Source of the DNA: Salinivirgaceae bacterium
GTDB taxonomy: Bacteria; Bacteroidota; Bacteroidia; Bacteroidales; SZUA-534
Reading direction: 5' to 3'
Length of the DNA: 64,000 nt
Assembly (NCBI GenBank): GCA_027858735.1
Contig: JAQICC010000172.1
Coordinates: 8,201-72,200 of the forward strand
Positions 57,898-64,000 of this stretch are shown in pieces; within the stretch, counting starts at the first letter, position 1; each line of letters begins with the position of its first letter. Position numbers and translations under genes: made by a program. The notes under the pieces are model-generated. The model had not been told where the DNA came from. It saw nothing but the letters and a program-made list of their open reading frames with translations, and ran no database searches.

Positions 57898-60177
57898 TTA
57901 TAATAAGCTGTAAACAACAGTTACACCACTCATTACCACCGATACCATAGTCATTAATTTAATTAAAATGTTTAATGAAGGACCAGATGTATCTTTAAAT
58001 GGATCACCTACAGTATCGCCAACAACACTTGCGTGATGCGTGCTGGAACCTTTTCCTCCGAAATTTCCTTTTTCAACATGTTTTTTTGCATTATCCCAGG
58101 CACCACCCGAGTTGTTTAGCATGACAGCCAGCGTAAAACCAGTTACAAGACCCCCCATAAGAAGACCAATAACTCCGGCCACACCTAATATCAAACCAAC
58201 AGCTATGGGTACGGCAATTGCCAGAATAGAAGGTGCTAACATTTCTTTCTGTGCTCCTTTGGTCGAAATTGCAACACATTTTGCATATTCGGGAGTTCCA
58301 GTGCCTTCAAGAATTCCGGGAATTTCTTTAAACTGTCGACGAACTTCGTCTACCATTGATCCTGCTGCACGACCTACAGCTTTCATAGTCATTGCACTAA
58401 AAACAAATGACATCATGGCTCCAAGAAATAAACCGGCAAGTAATAATGGGTTAAATACGTTTAATTGGTAGCCATCAATAAAATGTTCCATTCTTAGTTC
58501 TTGGATTGTATCAACACCTACTTTTGCTAAAAATTCAAAACCTTTTTCACCAGGCTCAAGTAATTTACCCAGCCAAAGTTTAACTTCTTCCATATAAGCA
58601 ACCATTAAAGCCATGGATGTTAATGCTGCCGATCCTATGGCAAACCCTTTTCCAGTAGCAGCTGTTGTATTACCCAGCATATCTAAATTATCGGTACGCT
58701 CACGCACCTCTTTAGGTAGTTCAGCCATTTCTGCATTTCCACCTGCGTTATCAGCAATAGGCCCAAATGCATCGGTTGCTAAAGTAATACCTAAGGTTGA
58801 AAGCATGCCAACAGCAGCAAACCCAATGCCATACACGCCTTGACTAAATTCGGTAAATCCGCCCGCAAAGCCATATGCAGCAATAATACCAACTACAATT
58901 GTTACCACAGGAATCCATGTTGAATACATACCCACAGCAATACCATCAATAATTGCTGTAGCGGGGCCTTGTTGTGCTTGTCTTGCAATTCCCTGAGTAG
59001 GCTTGTATCCATCAGATGTAAAATATTCAGTACCCTGGCCAATAATAATACCGGCTAATAGACCAGCAACGACAGATCCGAAGATACCCCATTCAAACCA
59101 TCCAAAATAGGCCATTATAGCAACTGCCGCAAGAATTAAAACAGAACTTCCTGCAGTACCTACCAATAGTGAATTTAGTAGGTTTTTTGGAGAGGCATTA
59201 TCTTTTGTACGAACCATGAAAATTCCTATAATTGAGAAAATAATACCAATTGCCGCAACAATCATGGGTGCCAAAATAATTCTTTCATTAAATACTCCAT
59301 CAGTCATTGAAATAGCTGCACCCAATGCTGCTGTGGCTAAAATTGAGCCAGCATATGATTCGTAGAGGTCAGCACCCATACCGGCAACATCACCAACATT
59401 ATCACCAACATTATCGGCAATAGTTGCAGGGTTGCGTGGGTCATCTTCAGGAATACCAGCTTCAACTTTACCTACAAGGTCAGCCCCTACATCGGCAGCT
59501 TTAGTAAATATACCTCCACCAACACGTGCAAACAAAGCTTGGGTTGAAGCACCCATTCCAAATGTTAACATAGTTGTGGTAATGTGAATCATTTTAGTAT
59601 GCATGAATTCGGCGTTTAAAGCAAAATCAGCAGACCATGTTCCTGAACTAGTAAGGCCAATTTCTTCGGCAATTTTTAATCCTAAGCCAAATATATTGGT
59701 GTCATAAATATAATTTAGTGCCCAATACCAAATTGCAATGTCGAGCAAGCCAAAACCTACAACAACCAATCCCATTACTGCGCCTGAACGAAAAGCTACT
59801 TGTAGCCCTTTGTTTAACGATTGAGATGCGCCATGAGCTGTTCTGGCTGATGCAAAAGTGGCCGTTTTCATACCTAAATAGCCACAGAGTCCGGAGAAGA
59901 ATCCACCCGTTAAAAAAGCAATAGGAACAAATGGGTTTTGTACCCCCAAAAATGCCAAGATTACGAAAACAACGAATAAAATGGCAAATACGATACCTAC
60001 CACTCTGTATTGGCTTTTTAAATAGGCCATAGCTCCTTCGCGCACATATTGTGCTATTTCTTTCATGCGATCGGTTCCCTCAGAGCTTTTTATCATTTTT
60101 TTGAAAAAATAATACGCAAATACTAATGCGATTATAGAACACACTGGAATTACCCAAAAAATACTACTATTGTCCAT
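57898..60177 (-). CDS. hppA: Membrane-integral ion-translocating pyrophosphatase (K+-dependent subtype by the GNTTAA motif)
   Basis: 759 aa. GDNVGDVAGMGADL, DNAGG. GNTTAATGKGFAIGSAAL carries Ala rather than Lys at the position reported to separate K+-dependent from K+-independent enzymes. Confidence 0.9.
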   Translation of the reverse strand: MDNSSIFWVIPVCSIIALVFAYYFFKKMIKSSEGTDRMKEIAQYVREGAMAYLKSQYRVVGIVFAILFVVFVILAFLGVQNPFVPIAFLTGGFFSGLCGYLGMKTATFASARTAHGASQSLNKGLQVAFRSGAVMGLVVVGFGLLDIAIWYWALNYIYDTNIFGLGLKIAEEIGLTSSGTWSADFALNAEFMHTKMIHITTTMLTFGMGASTQALFARVGGGIFTKAADVGADLVGKVEAGIPEDDPRNPATIADNVGDNVGDVAGMGADLYESYAGSILATAALGAAISMTDGVFNERIILAPMIVAAIGIIFSIIGIFMVRTKDNASPKNLLNSLLVGTAGSSVLILAAVAIMAYFGWFEWGIFGSVVAGLLAGIIIGQGTEYFTSDGYKPTQGIARQAQQGPATAIIDGIAVGMYSTWIPVVTIVVGIIAAYGFAGGFTEFSQGVYGIGFAAVGMLSTLGITLATDAFGPIADNAGGNAEMAELPKEVRERTDNLDMLGNTTAATGKGFAIGSAALTSMALMVAYMEEVKLWLGKLLEPGEKGFEFLAKVGVDTIQELRMEHFIDGYQLNVFNPLLLAGLFLGAMMSFVFSAMTMKAVGRAAGSMVDEVRRQFKEIPGILEGTGTPEYAKCVAISTKGAQKEMLAPSILAIAVPIAVGLILGVAGVIGLLMGGLVTGFTLAVMLNNSGGAWDNAKKHVEKGNFGGKGSSTHHASVVGDTVGDPFKDTSGPSLNILIKLMTMVSVVMSGVTVVYSLL

Positions 60178-60212
60178 TTTGTTATTAAGTTATATTATAG
60201 AAAAATTTGTGT

Positions 60213-60989
60213 TTAATTGAAACCCATGGTATTGGCTGACCGCCACCATGCATAATGTTTATTCTCAAAATCTCCAATTGATGGGAATGGAAAATAAACC
60301 AATTCATCTTTTTCGCCCACGAAAAATCCGTTCTTAATAGTTCTGTAAAATAAATCTTTGTTAAAGAAGCGGATAATAGTTTTCTTAGTTTTTTCTTTTT
60401 CCTCTTTCAATATCATAAGACAATCGCGCAAATGCTGAATATTTTGGTAGGGAAGGTTACTTATTTTAGCCGATTGAGGGTCGTGCGCTAAATCATCCAT
60501 AACAAGCTCAACAAAAACTAAGCGAGGCACGGTAACTTTTTCGGATCCATCAGTAATTGCTTTTGCGAACTCTTTAGGCGCCAAAGTACTTGCAATTCGT
60601 GGTGTTACAGGGCATAACTCTTGATACAAATGCAAAGCATTTTGATCGGTCTCTTTGTATTCGCCTTTCTCTAACCCAAGAACTCTTCCATCATCGGTAA
60701 CCAAATATAACTTCAAAAGAGCGCTCAATGGAATTGTTTCCAAAACCCTGTAAATTGAAAGGTAAACAGAACTTTTGGGTTTCCCTCCCTCCTGAGGAAC
60801 ACATCTTTTTTCAATGTAATCTTGAGGTAAAATGTCGGAAACTGCCTCGCTGTCTACTTCAAAAAACATTGCTTGACCTCGGGTACGTTTTTTAGTACCT
60901 GTGGCCAGATAAGATCCAAAGTCTTCCGGAGGTAGCATTGAAGAAATTAATGCTTCAGGAGTTAGAGTTAAATATAAATATCTTTTCAT
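60213..60989 (-). CDS. Hypothetical cytoplasmic protein
   Basis: 258-aa ORF with good coding appearance and no motif I can name. Lies 35 nt downstream of hppA on the same strand. Confidence 0.5.
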   Translation of the reverse strand: MKRYLYLTLTPEALISSMLPPEDFGSYLATGTKKRTRGQAMFFEVDSEAVSDILPQDYIEKRCVPQEGGKPKSSVYLSIYRVLETIPLSALLKLYLVTDDGRVLGLEKGEYKETDQNALHLYQELCPVTPRIASTLAPKEFAKAITDGSEKVTVPRLVFVELVMDDLAHDPQSAKISNLPYQNIQHLRDCLMILKEEKEKTKKTIIRFFNKDLFYRTIKNGFFVGEKDELVYFPFPSIGDFENKHYAWWRSANTMGFN

Positions 60990-61320
60990 AATATATGGAT
61001 TTATAATTATATAAAAGTTTAATTTCTATTTATTGTTGGCCTAACAATATATGAAAAAATAAAATTAAAGTCGATGTATGAATATCTATTATTCATGTAC
61101 TAATGTTTCAATTTATTAGCAATATTCAAAAATAATCTACGAATTCCAAGTAATTCAGGCGTTTAAAATCTAATTTAGAATGTTCCTAAATTGGATATGA
61201 AAACTTTATAAAATACGAAACTAAGAAAAATGTAGCACCTTAATACATGTTGGAAGGTACTTTTTTGTAATTTAGGAGAAGTATTCTATTAGAAAAGTTG
61301 TAAACTTAAAGTTACTAATC

Positions 61321-62208
61321 GTGAAAAAAAGACCTGTTTATTATGTTTTCGCTGTCATTACTATTGTTATGATCGTGAATTGTACCAGTAATAAAAAAAC
61401 TTCAAATACCGATGAAGATGCAATGAATGTTGAGTTTGAAAAACCAAAAGCCAACAAGTTTGAGCGTATGTTTAGTGCACCTTCGCCAGAGGAATTGATG
61501 ATGCTTTTTGAGGATACTGGACTTGAATTTAATTCCGACGTTTTAAATGATCCTAAAAATATTTCGAATTATATAAGTTTAAAATCATTAAGCTGTAATT
61601 TAGGTGTTTATGTAACCGATGCAGCTTATTTAAACATGTTTGAACAATATTCAAAAATGGCAAGTTGCCTTGAAAGCATATTTAAAATTACCGATAAGCT
61701 TAATTTATCCGGAGTCTTATTAAAATTTGATTTTGAAAAGGTTTTTCGAGAGATGGATAATCCTGATTCGTTAATAATACTATCGGAAGGGGTGTACCAT
61801 GCAGTTACCGAATATATGGTTGAAAATGAAAATGAGCAAATGCTTTGTTTAATTTCACATGGTTCAATTGTTGAGTTGCTACATCTTACCATTGAATCGG
61901 TAAATGAGTTTAATGCTGATGATCCTGTACTTCAGCATATTTCTGATCAGTATATGCAGCTTGATAATTTAATGGAATTTGCTCAACAATATGCTGGTAA
62001 TGCAGATATAGAAGAAATGATTTCGCAATTAGCACTAATACAAGAAGTTTGGGGGATAGTTGAGCATGAAGAAACCGCGACCGTAGTTTCAAATAATAAA
62101 GATGGTGAACTTAGTATTAGTGGAGGAAAGAAGCATAGATTTACTAAAGAACAGTTTATAAAACTAAAAAATACTGTTAATCAAATTAGAACAAAAATTA
62201 CTTCATAA
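61321..62208 (+). CDS. Hypothetical lipoprotein
   Basis: GTG start. Signal MKKRPVYYVFAVITIVMIVNC (lipobox). The acidic helical remainder matches no recognisable family. Confidence 0.5.
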   Translation: MKKRPVYYVFAVITIVMIVNCTSNKKTSNTDEDAMNVEFEKPKANKFERMFSAPSPEELMMLFEDTGLEFNSDVLNDPKNISNYISLKSLSCNLGVYVTDAAYLNMFEQYSKMASCLESIFKITDKLNLSGVLLKFDFEKVFREMDNPDSLIILSEGVYHAVTEYMVENENEQMLCLISHGSIVELLHLTIESVNEFNADDPVLQHISDQYMQLDNLMEFAQQYAGNADIEEMISQLALIQEVWGIVEHEETATVVSNNKDGELSISGGKKHRFTKEQFIKLKNTVNQIRTKITS

Positions 62209-62297
62209 ATAGAATATAATATATGGACAAATTTAATATATAAAGGGTCTGGGCAACCGTATTTAAAAGCTTCGTCTATGAAAAAAAATATGTTCTT

Positions 62298-62352
62298 CAC
62301 GAATTGCACGAACCTGTCTGCCTAGCCAGCAGGCAGGTTCGTGCAATTCGTG
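62298..62352. repeat. REP-like perfect-stem hairpin (CACGAATTGCACGAACC...), probable terminator of the lipoprotein gene
   Basis: cacgaattgcacgaacctgtctgcc / ggcaggttcgtgcaattcgtg, about a 21-bp stem followed by a T-rich tract. Confidence 0.6.
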
Positions 62353-62432
62353 GCCTGTTTTTGTTTTTATATTTTTAAATGCGGTTGCCGTGGCATTTTT
62401 GGTGCAAGGTATTGATACTTCAAATAAATGAT

Positions 62433-62440
62433 TACTTTTG
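62433..62440 (+). promoter_or_regulatory. -7 promoter box (TACTTTTG) preceding the TPP riboswitch
   Basis: TAnnTTTG match about 12-20 nt upstream of the riboswitch start. Confidence 0.4.
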
Positions 62441-62451
62441 CAACGAAATTC

Positions 62452-62530
62452 ACAATGGGGGTGCCTATCAATACGGGCTGAGAACATACCCTTTGAACCT
62501 GATACGGATAATGCCGATACAGGGAATAAG
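62452..62530 (+). ncRNA. TPP (THI-box) riboswitch
   Basis: aaTGGGGTGCCtatcaatacGGGCTGAGAacatACCCtttgaACCTGATacGGATAATGCCgatacAGGGAAt matches the conserved GGGGUGC / CUGAGA / ACCUGAU.GGAUAAUGCC / AGGGAA cores. Lies 62 nt upstream of the TonB receptor start. Confidence 0.85.
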
Positions 62531-62591
62531 ACTTTTTCTCCCATTGCAATAAATGTTTAATCATCGGTAAATGCCGATAAAAATTATTGTA

Positions 62592-64000
62592 ATGAAAAAA
62601 ATCAGTTTAATTACGGTGTTTACCGTATTATGTTTTTGGGTTAATGCCCAGTTTAATTTGTCGGGTAAAATTGCCGATGCAGAAGGAAATGCTTTAATAG
62701 GGGCAAGTGTACAAATTAAGGGCACTTTTTTAGGAGTAAGTTCTAATAGTTTTGGAATGTATACCGTTTCCAATTTAAATGCAGGAACATATCAGGTAGT
62801 TGCGAGTTATTTAGGCTACGAAACGCAAGTACAAAAGGTGCAACTAGAGAACGATTTGGAGCTTAATATCAAACTTGAGACTAGGAGTTTGATGTCGGAT
62901 GAGGTAATTGTTGCGGCATCGCGAGCCAAAGAGAATACACCAGTTGCTCAAACTACATTGCAAAAAGAAGATGTTGAAAGAATGAATATACTAGGTGATA
63001 TTCCTTATCAATTGGAATTGACGCCTTCTGTGGTTGCATCATCTGAGACAGGAATAGGTTCGGGATATTCAAGTATGAGAATTCGAGGAACAAGTATTTA
63101 CAGAATTAATGTAACCGTAAATGGTATGCCTTTAAATGATCCAGAATCACAGGGAGTTTACTGGGTTAACATGCCTGATTTTACTACATCGGTAAATAGT
63201 ATTCAAATTCAGCGTGGGGTGGGAACCTCCACAAATGGATCTGCTGCTTTTGGGGCGTCTGTTAATTTTCAAACATTAACTATTGAGCCAAAGCCTTATG
63301 CAAACATTTCATCATCGATAGGTTCTTTTAATACCTTTAAAGAGAACATTGCTGCTGGTACAGGTTTGATAAATAATAAGTTTGCCTTTGATGTAAGAGC
63401 TAGTAGGCTTAATTCCGATGGTTATATTAAGCGTGGTTTTTCTGATCATAGCTCGTTGTACTTTTCAGGATCGTATTATGGAGAAAAGGATTTATTAAAA
63501 GCAGTTGTAATGCTGGGGAAACAAAAAACAGGTATTACTTGGTGGGGAGTGCCTGGCGATATGATTGATTCCATCCGTAATTTTAATCCTGCTGGTCAAT
63601 ATTTTGACGATGATGGTAACGAACAATTTTATGATGGACAAACAGACAACTATTTGCAGAACCATTATCAATTGCTGTATTCACGTGAAATTAATAAACA
63701 TTTAAATGTGAATGCAAGCCTGCATGCAACTACTGGGAAAGGGTATTTCGAACAATATAAATACTACAATAAAAATAAAGAAATTGATGATTACGGTGAA
63801 CCTACTAATTATCCGTTAACTGATGGTTATTTAGCATATGGTTTAGGCCAAATTGGTCTTAATAGCTCCACTTTGCAGAATGGAAATCAGATTTATATTT
63901 TTGAAGATACTATTATAAAAGGTTCTGATATAATTCGTCAGAAATGGTTAGATAATGTTTTTTATGGTGCAACTGCAAGTTTAAATTATCATAATAATAA
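62592..64000 (+). CDS. TonB-dependent receptor (CarboxypepD_reg domain + plug + barrel), partial, continues beyond the window
   Basis: Not in the ORF track because it has no stop. MKKISLITVFTVLCFWVNAQ signal, LSGKIADAEGNALIGASVQIKG, plug IRGTSIYRINVTVNGMPLNDPESQGVYW. Open to the window end. Confidence 0.85.
   Translation, partial: MKKISLITVFTVLCFWVNAQFNLSGKIADAEGNALIGASVQIKGTFLGVSSNSFGMYTVSNLNAGTYQVVASYLGYETQVQKVQLENDLELNIKLETRSLMSDEVIVAASRAKENTPVAQTTLQKEDVERMNILGDIPYQLELTPSVVASSETGIGSGYSSMRIRGTSIYRINVTVNGMPLNDPESQGVYWVNMPDFTTSVNSIQIQRGVGTSTNGSAAFGASVNFQTLTIEPKPYANISSSIGSFNTFKENIAAGTGLINNKFAFDVRASRLNSDGYIKRGFSDHSSLYFSGSYYGEKDLLKAVVMLGKQKTGITWWGVPGDMIDSIRNFNPAGQYFDDDGNEQFYDGQTDNYLQNHYQLLYSREINKHLNVNASLHATTGKGYFEQYKYYNKNKEIDDYGEPTNYPLTDGYLAYGLGQIGLNSSTLQNGNQIYIFEDTIIKGSDIIRQKWLDNVFYGATASLNYHNN

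Noticed and set aside
58040-58843. Antisense ORFs inside the pyrophosphatase gene
   Set aside because: Same reasoning. The sense strand encodes a highly conserved H+/Na+-PPase, and the antisense frames stay open only because of codon bias.
62263-62773. Three minus-strand ORFs (93, 65 and 70 aa) between the lipoprotein gene and the TonB receptor
   Set aside because: They cover a REP hairpin, a TPP riboswitch and the antisense of the receptor signal peptide. The non-coding and plus-strand features explain the sequence better.
1-64000. Search for tRNA, rRNA and tmRNA genes
   Set aside because: On visual scan I found no T-loop/acceptor-stem-like GGTTCGAATCC-type segments in intergenic DNA and no rRNA-like conserved blocks. 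A tRNAscan/Infernal run would be needed to be certain.

Overview
AT-rich chromosomal segment from a Bacteroidota genome. Supporting signs are T9SS C-terminal sorting domains, TAnnTTTG -7 promoter boxes, a 287-aa primary sigma factor, a SusC-like TonB receptor and CACAGAG/CACAAAG REP-like repeats. Gene content, left to right: (1) housekeeping genes: AAA ATPase, lipid kinase, ADP-forming acyl-CoA ligase, flavodoxin, rpoD, rpe; (2) a TetR-controlled ABC exporter; (3) an accessory glycan island with four tandem GH16 laminarinase paralogs carrying different C-terminal modules, a roughly 1500-aa Big_2/T9SS surface protein split by an IS66-family element, and a transmembrane beta-propeller/Y_Y_Y sensor with a LuxR-type HTH; (4) a ROK/MFS/NagB-LmbE amino-sugar operon; (5) an IS graveyard; (6) a DASS transporter operon with a cNMP-domain histidine kinase and a response regulator; (7) a U32 peptidase flanked by REP-like elements; (8) a LytS/LytTR-ABC module; (9) a decayed ParDE pair; (10) a hybrid kinase; (11) two S9 peptidases, one preceded by an untracked 46-codon GG-leader peptide ORF; (12) a membrane pyrophosphatase; (13) a TPP riboswitch in front of a TonB-dependent receptor. 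The signals I consider most worth follow-up are non-coding or too small for the ORF track. They are phased TAGGG(T) repeats at a fixed distance from the -7 box of each GH16 promoter, a roughly 155-165 nt structured element present twice directly after stop codons, the GG-leader peptide co-oriented with a prolyl oligopeptidase, and the precisely reconstructable IS insertion. I saw no CRISPR array, rRNA or tRNA.
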